Positions 48,335-61,926 of a stretch of DNA of 64,000 nucleotides are shown here, in pieces. This DNA comes from Vermamoeba vermiformis (Eukaryota), in NCBI GenBank assembly GCA_045837725.1, contig JBEWZL010000011.1, positions 186,001-250,000 of the forward strand, read 5' to 3'. The notes beneath the pieces were generated by a model. It was given only the letters and a program-made list of their open reading frames with translations, ran no database searches and had not been told where the DNA came from. Position 1 is the first letter of the stretch. Every line of letters begins with the position of its first letter. A program made the translations under genes and the position numbers.

Positions 48335-51322
48335 TTAATTGATCACTTTCTTAATGGTGCTAGTGATGTTGTTGTTGTAGGCTGCGGACAATTCATCCAA
48401 TTCGCCAGCTTCAGCCATACTTAAGTAACCTCCGATTTCCTTCTTGTCCTCTTTCTTGGCGAACAACGCTACGTGGACATGTTAGTCCGATATTAAGTGA
48501 AACAAAAGGAACATAGTTCGTGTGATCCGCAAAGTTACACGCTAAACAGATGTGTTGGCAAGCAATACTTACGATCGTATATTCTCGGAGATACCGGTGT
48601 ATTCAAGTGGTGTTGCTTCGAGAACACTTTAACGAACTTCTGCAAGTCGTACTTCTGGTTATCAGGGATACGATAGTGCAAGATCTTCTTTTTCTTGTCG
48701 ATAAAGGTGATCGAGTAACCGCCCTGTGAGCTAAATCGAATCAAGTAGGCGCCGCGCTTGCCAGAAACAATCTTGGCCTCGGCCTCTTTAGCATTCAATT
48801 CGCCGTGGAACCATTTTTCTTCAAGTAATGACTTGATCTGGTCCAAGATCTCAGGTCCTTGCACGGGTCCAAACCACTTCAAGAACTTCTCAAAAGCATC
48901 CAATGTAACCATTCGCTGCGGGTGCTATAATTGGGGGCGGTAAATTTAGACAAAAAAGTAGAAACAAATCAACGGCTCTCGTTCAATGAATTTACCTTGT
49001 CAACATCCAAGACAGCTGCAAGGCACTGTGCGCGAATATCGTCTGCGCTCACGTTTTTAGCCTTGATGAGCTTCAAGAAAGCTTGGAGGAATGTGTCCCA
49101 AGCAACTTCCTTCTTTTTCTGTGTTAAACGTGATCAGATTTTAGATCCAGATGACGAATCAAGAAACAAATCATGATTGCTTACGGGACCGAAGTTCTTC
49201 CACATTTGTTGGCAAGCCTCGTTGCCTTGAGTAACGGCTTCGAGAATAATGTCGTCGAAAACTTTTGATTCTAAGATCTCTTGGAAGCTCGGTCGTTGCT
49301 TGGGGTCCTTGTGCCAGCAACGCTCCATGAGCTGTCGGAGCTTCTTAGGGCAGCTCTCAGGAATCTCGGGTCGCTCGTTTCGGTTCGAAACTGCATCGAT
49401 CAATTGATGGATGCTGCCGTATTTGCCTTCGTACGGCCTCTTCTCAGTAAACAATTCCCAAAGAACTGAAGATATGATAGGTTAGCCTATGATATTTACG
49501 CAATATACGGTAGTAAGCGGTATGAAGCGGTATATCGAAAATTAACCGTCAGGAATTCCGCATCTTGTTTTGTGATCGATCACGAGATAGACTTACTGAT
49601 ACCAAAAGCGTAAACGTCGCACTTCTCGGTGGTTTCGGGCTTAAGTTGGAACATCTCAGGAGGCATGTACAAAGGAGTGCCACCAGTGTTCATCTTGTCT
49701 TTCTCGCTCATTTTGTCGTCTTTCAGTCGTGACAAACCAAAATCGGCAATTTTGACTTTGAAGTCGCTCGTCAGCTGTTAATATTGACACAGTTAGACGA
49801 GGGCACGCACAGTATATTAATAGAGTTGTGACGTACCAGTAAGTTAGCAGTTTTGAGATCCAGATGCAACAAAGGGCTGGGCTTCATGCAGTGCAGCCAG
49901 TTCATACCAGCAGCTGTCTCACGAGCGATCTTCATCTTGCGGTGGAAACTGACTTTGATTGATTTATCTTTCAACACATCTTCAACGCTACCATTGGCTG
50001 CAAGTTCGGTAACTGCGCACAAAGAAAACTCGTTAATACTCCATATGTTAATAATATCAACGCAATCGTAACGATCGTGCAGCAACCGCTGTAGTAATTC
50101 TTAAAATAGATTGACGGATCTCTATCTGTGTAGTCTTTTGACTCGTGCGCTGAGAAACGATGACTTACCAATCTTTAACTTTCCAGGCTGTGTGCAAGCA
50201 CCCATAAAGAGCAGCAAGTTAGGATGCTTAAGGGCGCTAGAATAGATTTGCGTTAGTGATCGGTTAGCGCGTGGATTGACTCCTGGATGATCATAGGTTC
50301 GAGCAACTAAATTTACCTCATAGTTTGACACTCGCGCTTGAATTCTTTGGCACTCGACTCGTCCAATGTAGTAGTGCGCAATACCTTCACGGCAACTTCT
50401 TTGCCACGGCACATGCCTCTGTACACGGTACCGAATGAACCTGATCCGAGCTTTGCTTTCTCGACTGGAACTGTATCGGTACCCACTAAAATTGCGTAAT
50501 TATTAGTACCGTAACTGATATAAATGGATAATTGTCGAAAGAGCTGGAATTTCCGAAATAATTAAAAATAAGATCCTATCGCGACAGGAAAAATTGAAAA
50601 TATGGAATTCTTACACTTGATTTCGCTGTCTTCAATTTCCCAACCACCGAATCCGGCTAAGTGAGCGGTATCATCTTCGTCGTCTTCCAAATCCAAAGAG
50701 GGATCGGTTGTTGTCTCTTGCAAGAGAGTGCTATGTGTAACTGAAACGTATTGAGAGGAAGCTGAAGGGTCTGATCCTGCTTTCTTTCCCTATATTGCAA
50801 ATTTATTAAAATAAGAGCAAGATATTGTGGGCCGCTATGATTTTCGCGACGGATTAACCAAAATATAATCAATTTTCTCAACAAGAATCTACTTGTGCAA
50901 AATAAAAAGCAGATTAAGAATAAATTTATAACAATGGAAGTCCGTTAATTGCAGGATTAATAACATCAAATAATTACAATAATGTAATAATTTTTTATGG
51001 GTCTTGATCTTCGTTACTTTAATTTGTATATTGTCCTTACCTTCGATTCTGCTTCTAAAATATTAGCGAGCGTAACTCTCCATTTATGTTTGGCTTGAAA
51101 TAAATTTTTTCTCAAATCTAAGTATTGAGATTCGAGCGCGTTCTCCTGCACCTCTAAATCATCAATTTCCTGTCTCTTTGATTTTTTGTACTCTGTTTGT
51201 AGACCAGCTAATATTTTGTTGATGCTAACGTTGATATTTTCAATCTGCTGAGACAAACTGCCCAGCATCTTGGTCGAAGCTGTAATCTCAGCTTCGAGAT
51301 CCTTCAACGCTTTGTCGGCCAT
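48335..51322 (-). CDS. TKL-family protein kinase with C-terminal SH2 domain (SHK-like) and N-terminal coiled coil
   Basis: LGSGSFGTVY, VAVK, HLDLKTANLL, DFGLS, GTPLYMPPE, DVYAFG; SH2 WFHGELNAKEAE...GAYLIRFSS. Confidence 0.9.
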
Positions 51323-51636
51323 ATTTGCGATACTGCCTTATAGTCAACGCTGCTGTTCTTCGAGGCCTAGAGGTAACACAAAATGAAAAAGGATTTTTTT
51401 TTTGTTTTTTTTTTGGTTGTGGGATGGCGAAAAAAAATTGCTTCTCCACGACACAAACCAATAATTCGGCCAGAACGGTAGACCAACCGTATGAAATAGA
51501 CTTCAGAAATCGTTTATTAATGTGTTTAGCGGTTTTGACAAGTACCCGCCAAAAAATAAATTCACCAGAGTTAGCCGTTGCAAATTGTTTAAACCAATAT
51601 TACTATTCCAGGCCCAAGTCCTAACATTACAACACA

Positions 51637-53582
51637 ATGCAAGCAGAACCTGTAACTTTTGAGTGGGAGTATTCCAAGGAGAATGTACAACCGCTTCGTG
51701 GGGGTCGAAAAGTCGATGCGATCAAAAAAGGATTAGCCAAGCCACAAAGCAAAGGACTCCAAATCAACGCAAGTTTCGACGACTTAAAAAGGCACGTGTT
51801 TCATATCGTGCACGAGTATCATAAGGCTAACTACTCAAATACAGGCAGGAATACGAAAATCAAATTAAAAATTATAAAGGAGAGGACCCCTTATCGTTAT
51901 GGATCGAGTAAGTGCCCTATATAAAGATTATTTTAGCTAATTATGATATAGATACATTCGCTGGGTGGAGCAGACTTTCCCATCTGGCGGAATCCAATCC
52001 GAGGCCTTGACACTTTATGAAAAATGCACTCTTGCGTTTAAAGACAATGAAAAGTACAAAAATGACGAGCGATACGTTGGTATTTGGCTCAAATACGTAA
52101 GCACTATGTCTCTATGTCGACTGGTCGATCTTTCATACTTAACGTTACTAGGCCGACATGTGCACTGATCCAGCTGATATCTTCACATTCCTCGATGTAA
52201 ATAACATCGGAACTAAGCATGTGGCGTTTTATCATCACTGGGCTCTTTACTACGAATACAGGTACGCGAAGATCCCGTGCGCACACGTGTAATGACGACT
52301 TTTTTAGAGGCTTGCTGGACAAATCTAGTAAAATATACGAACTTGGTATTCAAAGGTACGGCACTTACAGCCAATATTCAATACGTGCGTTGTTAATAGT
52401 ACTTCCAGAGGTGCTGAGCCGATCGAGAAAATGAAGAAGAAGCAACGCGCTTTTCAAGCCCGATTTATGGAGCACATGAAGAAGAAGATGGAGGAAATGA
52501 AGTTCGAAGATAACAACAAGTCGTTGAATCTCAATGGCGGTTCTACGGTTGCGGGGGCCAATCCTGAAGACGAGAACAGAACTCCGTTGGGTGCTCTTCG
52601 ACCGGCCACATCCGCTCCTCAGGCAACAACCGTCACGCAACCCCGCCCAACCGCTACCGCTTCTACAGTTAGTAAGTACTGTCTTCACCACGAAGCCTAT
52701 CCTATTGAGAGGCTCGTGCTAATAGATTCTTCGTCAGGGCTTCCTCAATCTCAAGGTTTGGCTGCGCGCGCCAAGGCGACAACAGTGACTCCTGTGAACA
52801 TCTTAAAACCTGCCAACAACGGTAGCCGCTCGTTCAATGTGTTTGTGGACGACGAGTTCTCAGAGAAGAAACCTCAAACTACAGGCGCTGCTTTGAAGAT
52901 CCCCTCAATGCCTGGGTCCTCATCGTCAACCTTTGCGATTCCCTCACTTCCAGCTTCTAAGCCATCCAATCCTGCTTTAGCTATGCCACCGGGTTTGGGC
53001 TTGGGCTCCAATACTAACACGAGCACATCCGCGCCGAAACCTCTCTCTGTTCCACAACGTTAGTAGAGCTACTGTTGCTAACTAAAACATTAGTATTAAT
53101 ATTATTTTAATAGCTATGTTCAAGAATCTTGCACCAGAACGCGAGAAGCAGAAAGAAAATACGGATTTGCCAAGCAAGTGGACTGACGCAAAGGCAAGTC
53201 GGACAAGAATATCTTCATTGTTTAAAATAGCTAACTTACGCTTATTAAGATGGTGCAATCCGATGCTAAACCACAACTTCCAAAGATCAAGAACAAAAAT
53301 GAAACTGACTTTGAAGTGTTTGTTGACGAAGAGCTCGCTAACCAGTACGTACTTGGGGCGATGATAATACTTTGTGCTAAACTGACTTGATTTATAGACC
53401 AAAACCTCAGATTTCAACTGATCTCAACATCCGTTTGCGCTTAGAAGGCGGCGAAAGGACCAGGTAAGACTAAAAGATATATTAAGTAATATTTTCTATA
53501 TTTTCTTACTGTTCTTTCACTCAGTGCTAGTCAACAAATGGAAGATCTAAAAAACAATCCGTTGAAGAACTTCACCAAGTAA
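51637..53582 (+). CDS. MAD3: Spindle-checkpoint protein, Mad3/BubR1-like (no kinase domain)
   Basis: WEYSKENVQPLRGGR KEN box, GEDPLSLW, YKNDERYVGIWLKY TPR region, ABBA-like FNVFVDDE and FEVFVDEE, second KEN. Confidence 0.85.
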
Positions 53583-53840
53583 AACACTCAAGCCGATGCG
53601 AGACGAACTTAATTGTAGATCTCCTTTGTAATATGTTACCTGTAGATAGAATAAATCGGTTAACCGAAAACGCGTATCCGTGCGGCTAAACGTAAGGAAC
53701 TAGAATAACTTTGACTACGAATAAATGCTAGGCGAATTTATATTATAATAGTATTTGTACAAGGTAGTGAAGCCTACATAAACGCTAAACCGAGTTATCC
53801 GCAAATTACCGAAGCAGTGCAACTCGATCTAATTAATAAA

Positions 53841-55069
53841 TTAAAAGACACCTGCCATCTCCGCTGATTTCTTGAAGACGAACTCGGTTACTGAGTCGAA
53901 CACTACTTTAACTTGCTCGGTGTCGAGGGCACAAGTAATGTGGGTGTAGACGTCGTTCGGACTTCGGTTTTTGACCTGAGCGAGGTACAAGCCTTTGATG
54001 AACTCGACGCCCTGATCGTAGTTTGAGCCACCCTTGTATTCGGGGAAGGTCTTCGAGAGATCGGTCGATTTAATTTTGTCCTGGAAGATGTCCTTCTTGT
54101 TCAAGAAGAGAATCCAAGGCGAGTTGGCAAAAAGCTCGTGGTTAACCATGCTTTCAAACACTTCCAAGCTCTCTTGGAGTCTAAAATAATATATTAGCGA
54201 TTATTGGAATTTTTTGAAGCGATTTTGAATTTTTTTTGCGGTACAAAAAATTTAAATCTGGCCTACCTCGTCTTTTTGGGATCTTCCGGCAAAATTACGT
54301 CCCACTCGTCCAAAGCGGCGATGAAAATCATACCGACGATGCCTTGGAAGAAGTGAGGCCATTTTCTTCGTTCAGCGCGTTGACCTCCAGGATCGACCAA
54401 GTTCCAAGTGTACTTGCCCACTTGAAATTCGTTCTCAGTAATACCTGTAGTACGTTGGCGAGCGCGCAAGATGTCGTCCTTAGAAATTTGGAACTCGGGG
54501 TTGGCCAAATTGTCGATCATATTCACGCAGTACTCGGTGTTGGAAGGGATGTCGAACTCGTTACGTCTGCCGTACACTTCCTTAATGCCTTCAGAAAAAT
54601 TCCAATTAATACGCATAGCATTATATTTACAGCATTAGTAATTACCAGCGTCTCCCCAAAGGGCTTTGATGTGGTTGACGAGTTCTGGGGTCAAGGCGGA
54701 GCTGAACGGATCGGTCGTTGTAAGAACTTGGCCAGCTTCTTCGTGTTCAATAGCTACGCCCATCTTCTTGGATTGGTTAACGAGTTCTTTGAACGCGACG
54801 AGAACGTTTGAAATGAGAATCTTTTTGTAGTTTTCTTTTTCCTCATCGGTGAAGCCATTGCAATGTAAAATGCGCATCTGCTTGGCAACGGTCGTCTTGC
54901 CGCAAGAGCTGGTACCAATCATGCCGAGCTTCATCAGGTATTTGGCTTTAACGGGTTTGTTTTTGGGTTGCTCAGCCTGTTTTCCTCCATCTGTTTTAGG
55001 TTCGGTTGCGTTGGCTTGAGCCTTTGGCTTGTTTTCTTTCTTCTCGCCTCCTGAACATAAAGCGCCCAT
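53841..55069 (-). CDS. Heterotrimeric G-protein alpha subunit
   Basis: MGALCS; GTSSCGKTT; RQRTTGI; DPGGQRAERRKW; FLNKKD; TCALD; three exons. Confidence 0.95.
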
Positions 55070-55337
55070 GTCGAATACTGCTCGATTGTGGTGTTATTTG
55101 AACGAAAAATAGCGTACTAAAATTTTTTGTACTGTAGGCTGGTTTTTTTTGTATGAGATTTTTTGCGAGCTCAAAAAAGCCAAAATTGGAGTCGGTTAAA
55201 AGAGATAATAATTTCGGGTGGGGAGGACATATGTTTCGGTAGATAAAATATGTTTAAATAGTATGACAATTTCAAATTTCAAGATCGCTTTGCTCCGGAT
55301 TTAAAATCGAAATTGATCTCGGAGCCAGCGCATTGAT

Positions 55338-57452
55338 TTATTTCAAAATATAATGCTCATAATTGCATACTTGACCGCAGACTGTTTTGTGCTTATAATA
55401 CCCTAGATAGGGGCATTTGTCGAAAGCGTGATCTTCTGCGTTGCAAGCTTGGCACGGTGTCTTCGGTTGACTCATGAAACCAGAGGTGTTTCGGAATTCT
55501 TTGGCTAATACAAGTCCAGGAGGTATAATTGGCGTAAGTCTATTAACTGGGGTGTAGCCTTCGGGACTAAGCAAGTCGATCGACGGAACCAGTTGTAAAG
55601 GAGCTTCTAGCGGCTGAGGTGTAGGCTGGTCCAACGGTTTTTTCAATCTGTAGCCAGAATAGTCGCAAGCTTGGCCCATAATGTGATTTGTTTCATAGTA
55701 ACCGAGGTAAGGGCAGCCACCCAGCTCGTGTGTCTTGGATCCGCAAGCTTGACAGTCAATATGCTCCCACTGAACGTTGGACTGTGACTTCATGACGTTG
55801 TCTCGGTTATTGAAGTTATTGGCCAGTGTGATGCCTTGAGGAATAGGAACCAAGGGCTTGTTGATGGGTTTGTAGTCCTTCATATTACTAAATATATCGC
55901 TCAAGTCCATAGTAGCAAGTGAAGGTGCTGCTTGTGTTTCGATTAACTCGTATTGGCTGTAGTCGCACGATTGCCCACTGATTCTCTTGTATCTGTAGTG
56001 ACCGAGGTAAGGGCACTTGTCGTACTCGTGTTCTTTGCTAGTACAAGCCTGGCATGGGACTTTGGTACCCTCGCCGAAGAACCGGCCTTCGTTATCTCTT
56101 GTATCAAATGACTTCGCTAAAACAATGCCTGGAGGAACGGGTACGGGTGCTACATTAGTGCTGCGGAATTTGTCGTATGCGTCTAGTCCAAAATCTGTCT
56201 CGTTGACGATTTCCATAAAATCTTCGTTTAGGTTAACTGCGGGTTGGTTCCACCAGAAGTTAACTGAGGCACAGGTGTCTATCGAATACACCGCGTGAAT
56301 CCAGCCTTCGGGCATGTATCTGAACGGTGTTAGTTATGAGTACGGGCGCACGTGACTCGTTGCTTACAGTACGTCGCCTGGGTTCAGAATGCAGTGATAA
56401 GCAGAGGCTTTGAGGAAGTTGGAGTGTGCTTCAACAGACTTTTGGTCACGCATATTGATCGTTGTTTGACGGTCTTGATCGGCTGTTTCGGATTGAAGTG
56501 ACAGATAAGGCAGCTGTGAAGGGTCCCAGATCAAGAACGACTTTCGTCCTATTTCAAAAGAGTTAGGACTTATAGCCGAATGTGCCATACTATACGTGCC
56601 TTGTAGTTGCAATAACAAATTGTCTGCTTTATCGTAGTGAGCCGGGGTCAACGAATCCACCGCGGAGATCCACACGTTTGTAAACACATCCGGTTCGGGA
56701 ACCAAGGATGCGGGCGAATCTATTTCTCAGTTAGTATTGCTTCAGTAATAGATTGCAAAAGGTCTTACTGGGTATTTGGTTTATGAGAGGTGCGAAGGGC
56801 TTGGAGTCGTACTGGTAGATGTAGTACCTCTCACCAGATGCGAGCACGGGTTGATGATTGCCAACGTGTTGGATTCGTTCAAGAGCCTCTCTCGCCTTCA
56901 TAACAACTTTCTTGCGCTCTTTGTTGTCGTAGATGGATCCATGGCCACCAGGGAAGTTACCTAAAAAGTTCCATTGTTAATTAATTTCTACTTCTATTTT
57001 AGGGATTGGACACGTGATCGCGACAACCAATCAAGGCTATGACGTCAGTTCTTATAATTTTGGTGGCTGTCACAATCAGGAATTGCCAATTTTCGAAATA
57101 AATTCAAGTAAACGGGTACTTTAGAAAGTGAATTTGCTTCCGTTGCATATTTGATTAAATGAAATATTAACTGTAGGATTCAATTGTACAAAGAATCACG
57201 CTTACCAGAGGTTGAAACATAAACTTCAACAGATGCGTCGCCCAGAACTTTAGCTAAACCTTCTAGACTCCATTTATCGAGAGTATTGGCATCGACAAAT
57301 GATTTAAAAATTTGTGGAGTGCGATCTGCTCGTTTAAGATTGTTATGGAAGTCAGATTTGACGACAGCTTTGCCATCGACCGTTGAAACTCCCTCTGATT
57401 TGACTTTAATCCAAGAAGGAGGCCAGTTTTGTGTCGAAGATTGATTTCCCAT
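55338..57452 (-). CDS. Cupin-8/FIH-type JmjC hydroxylase with three C-terminal CCHC zinc-knuckle repeats
   Basis: MGNQSS start; TPAHYDKADNLLLQLQGRK, LNPGDVLYMPEGWIHAV, SVNFWW; three repeats of CQAC-x4-H-x4-CPYLG. Confidence 0.85.
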
Positions 57453-57814
57453 TGGGTCAGGCGTGTTCTACAGTTGGAATTTTGCGTTACAATGAAAAAA
57501 GGTGCGATTTTAGCTCTGAGTTAACCAAAAACGGGACCGTGCACAAGCGTCCTTAGGAGGAAGTGATTCACCATGATGCCGGTCCCAATAGCGTCAATAC
57601 GGCTAAATATTTTTGGTCTTGGCAAATAGATGCACGTGCAAGCTCCGGTAACAAAAACTTAATTGCATCCCAAAGGGGCCCTGAGCGATTTTGATTTTTG
57701 AGTTCAGAATTTGATTCAAATTTCTATCGTGTTAATTGTTAAAGTAGCGTCCGTAGTACGGCTTCACCATTGACGCAGTTCGCTGAAATTGCAATTGCCA
57801 ACGTCAGCAGTTAG

Positions 57815-60800
57815 ATGGAGAAAGGCAAGTTCCAAATTTGAAGCATGTTAGATATTGCTATCAACAATAATATGGATACTTATGAGTATAATTTTAACGC
57901 TATTAAACGGAATAGATAATATCGAATACGTTAGAAAATCGTTTGATAACGGTCAGTCTTACTCGGGAGAATGGAAAAATGGTAATTATTATTGACAATA
58001 TATATCGTCTAGTATCACATTTAAAGAAAACGCTAGCTAATTTTTTGGCTCGCGATTACGTAAACGGACGTTGATCAACGTCAAAAATTCAAACTGCTGA
58101 ATTATCTCGAGACAATTAACTTAATTTTAATTTTATTATTAATATTCGAATATAATAATATTAATTTACTTACGTCTTCAGGAAAGGCCCACGGATTTGG
58201 CACCTGGATCTACAAGGACAAATCATCCTTCCAGGTTCGTTTAATGCATTGCAATCAGACAAATATTCACAAATATATAGGGCAATTTTGAGAATGGCCT
58301 AGAGAATGGCGCGGGTGTTTACATTACGCCCAGCGGTGTCAAAATGAACGCCAACTGGAAACTCGGCGTTTTACAGGTAAATCGATATTATTCTAATATA
58401 TGGTGCCATATTATTAACATTATTAGTCTATCGCGCCTGCGGAGGTTGTTGAAGTTGACCAATCCAGCTCAAGCGAGGAAGAGATCAAGCGCGAGGAATA
58501 TTCTGAAGGCAAGATTGTTAAGGCTTGGTGCAGCGTATGTATCAATTATTATGATAGTGGTATATTAATAGAATGATGTTCACGTTATTTTCTTCAATTT
58601 GCAGTGGTGTTTCAAGAACAGTTTCCACGGATGCACTTCCATGTTCGGTCGATGGACGTACAAGTGCATTGACTGCCACAAGTTATCTTCACTGTGCATT
58701 CAATCTGGATGCCCGGCTATGGCACGAAGAACCGAAGATTGGCAACAATCGTATTGTATGAAGCACCGTGGCGCGATCAAGAAATGGTCCTCTGCAGCAC
58801 AAGTACGTCCCGCGCACACCCTTCAAGAGCCCTCTACTAACTCCCTATAAAGGATTTGTATTGCACCTCGCCGGCGTGGTGTTCATGGTGCTTTGAGTTT
58901 GGCCCTCACGTGCTCATCCGCTCCAAGCGAGTTGGTCGCGATGAATACCAATGCAACACTTGCGGCGGCGCTACAGTCAAGTGCAGGGGCTGCGAGACTG
59001 CCTTCTGCCGCATGGGCAAGTACATTAACGACCTCTACTGTTCCAAGTAAGTCTTGTCGATTCTACCAAAGTCCGAGTCTAACGCTCGCAGGTGCCGAGG
59101 CAAAATCGATCGCTGGGAAGATATGGACAAAAACAAGCAAAAATATCAACATAGTAAGTTAGTAATAGGATCTATTTACTCGTATCTAACGTGTTGTTTA
59201 ACCTTAGAAATTCCACGCAAGAACAATCCCAACCGCGCTTACGCCCCGATCCGTACCAAGATTAACGCGCAGTGGTACGTCGATGGCCGTGACGTGTACA
59301 AGTAAGCGTTGTTTGTCCTACCTTTGTTAACGTGGCTCACGACTAACTCGCATTCAGAGCGATGATTGAGCGCATCCAAGAGGCCACACATCACGTGTAC
59401 ATGTCATTCTGGATCATGGTGCCGACCATCTACGTGTTCCGCGACGGCGAGCACCGTAACAAGGAAGACAGACTCGACTACATTCTAAAGAAGAAAGCTG
59501 ACGAAGGCGTCAAGTTCTATTTCTTGTTGTGGGACGAGACCAACTTGTTGATGAACAACATGAGCAAGATGAACAAGCAGTTCTTGGAGGGATTGAGTCC
59601 AAACATTAAGTACGTGGATATAAGGGTGTCTTAGTAGCAGTGTTAATTGGTTCATAGGGTCATGAGACACCCGCAGTTCAAGCCCTTGCAATGGAGTCAC
59701 CATCAAAAGTTCGTTGTGATCGATGACAAGCACGCTTTTGCTGGTGGTGTAGACTTCTCTACTGGTCGATTTGACTGGCACGAGCATCACGTTGTTGATC
59801 CCGATGCCAAGTACTGGTGGGGCATTGTAAGTGCATTCGTCGCCGTGCCAGTAATGGGCCGTACTAATAGCCTAAACAGGACTTCTATGCGCCACAAGTC
59901 AAGAAGACTGATCAGACTACGGACCCTGACCAAGTGGTTGTGGACCAATCTAACATCACGCGTATGCCGTGGCACGATATTCAGATCTATGTCGACGGCC
60001 TCGCTGCGAGAGATTTGGCCTGGAACTTCGTGCAGCGCTGGAACCATCACAAGAAGACTACTCCCAAGTACGCTGAGAAGGAGAAGTATCCTATCTTGAG
60101 CGTGCCCGATGAAGAGTTCTACATTGCTTACGACCAAGGTACGTTTCACTATGATTCACTCGTGCGAATGTAAAGCTAAGGTACGGTAGGTTTGGCTGAG
60201 CCCGAGACTGAAGAAGAAGAAGAGAGCACCGTTCAGTCATCAAAAGACACTTCGTCTTCTTCCTCCTCTTCTAAGCACCGTCACGGCAACAAAGAGAGCA
60301 AGAACAAGAACGTCGTGTTTGCGGAAGACAGCGAGGTCGAGTTGAGAGAACGATTGCAAGTCGATGAGCCCACCACTCACGAGCACAAGCGCAAGAACAG
60401 CGGGTCTAACAGCAGTGGAAAGCTCCTTACGAAGAAGTGGGACAAAAATCACGGCTCAGTCACCGTGCAGTGCGTCAGATCCATGTGCGAATGGAGCGGA
60501 GGTACGAAGCACGACAACTACTAGAACGTTTTGCTTATAATGTTTATACAGCTACTAGACTCGAGTCTTCCTTGCTCGGTGCCTATGTTGATGCCATTAA
60601 GAACGCTCAGTACTTCGTTTACATCGAGAATCAGGTGAGTGCGGATCGGATCTGTTGCAAAGCTTACACGTACTTACGCATCATATTTTAGTTCTTAGTA
60701 TCATCACCCGCTGGAGGAGGTGTCGAGAATGATATTTGCCAGGCTATTGTAAGGACTTCTAGTGCTGCGTATGAGAGCTTTCAACTAATGTTGACACCTC

Positions 60801-61867
60801 GCAGATTGATCGCATTAGCAAGGCCATTGAACGAAGAGAAACTTTCCGCTGTATCATTTTGTTGACACAGCCCGAGGACTTGTCTCATCGTGTCGTGCCT
60901 CTCGTTCAATACGAGTATTACACTATTAACAGAGGCGAGACTTCGATGATCAGTCAACTCAAGTCGCGGTAAGAAAACTCATCGGATCTTCTCGTGCAAT
61001 TCTAACTAATGAACTATTCATAGTCACCCTAATGCACGCATCGAAGACTACTTGAGTTTCTATCAATTGCGTAATTACGGATTCATTAATGATGTGCCAT
61101 TGACGGATCAGATCTTCGTGCACAGCAAGATTATGATTGGTAAGTTACCAAGCCCACATCTATATATCTTGCCAATAACTAATAATGTTATAATAGTCGA
61201 CGACCGCATTTCGATTATTGCGTCTGCAAACATTAACGATCGCAGCTTTGTTGGCTACAGAGACTCCGAGATCGGTAAGCACATCCACAATTTTTTTTGA
61301 ATTTCAAGAACGAAACTAATTATATAGGTGTCGTTGTGCTCGATGACGACCACGAAGTCGAGTCTACAATGGACGGCAAGCCATTCGCTGCAACCAACTT
61401 CAGCCACAGTTTCAGAACGAATCTGTTTATGGAACACTTGGGCCTTGATTTTAACAATCCCGAGCATCAAGAATTGGTCGCCGATCCAATCAAATCGTCA
61501 TTCTTCCACGATGTTTGGGACAAAATGTAAGTTTAAGTGTATTTCAAGATAGACTAGATCCGCTAACTTGTCTTACTTTCAGTGCCGAGGATAATACTAG
61601 AATATTCGAGAGCGTGTTCCCTAATATTCCGCAAGACTCTATCAAGCTTTACGACGACTTTGAGGCCTTGAAGACCGCTAAGCCTAATTTGGAGAATGCG
61701 CACAAGTTGAAGGAAGTCAAGGTACGGATCTTTTTTTAACGTTCTTTTTGTTTCTCATATTAACGGTCTATTGCTAGGGTCATTTGATGAGATTCCCTTT
61801 GGGCTTCCTTTCTGGCGAGACTACGAAGTTCTGGGAGACCTTTATCGAAAGCGCCATTTTCCAATAA
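57815..61867 (+). CDS. Phospholipase D (PLD1-like) with N-terminal MORN repeats and two Cys-rich repeats
   Basis: MORN YSGEWKNGKAHGFG; HKD motifs SHHQKFVVID and FVHSKIMIVDD; RMPWHD, YIENQF, SANINDRS, RDSEIG. Confidence 0.9.
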
Positions 61868-61926
61868 TAACTAGGGCACTGGTAAACGCATACTCTTTAT
61901 TAAAAGTTAAATTTGCACTCTTTGAA

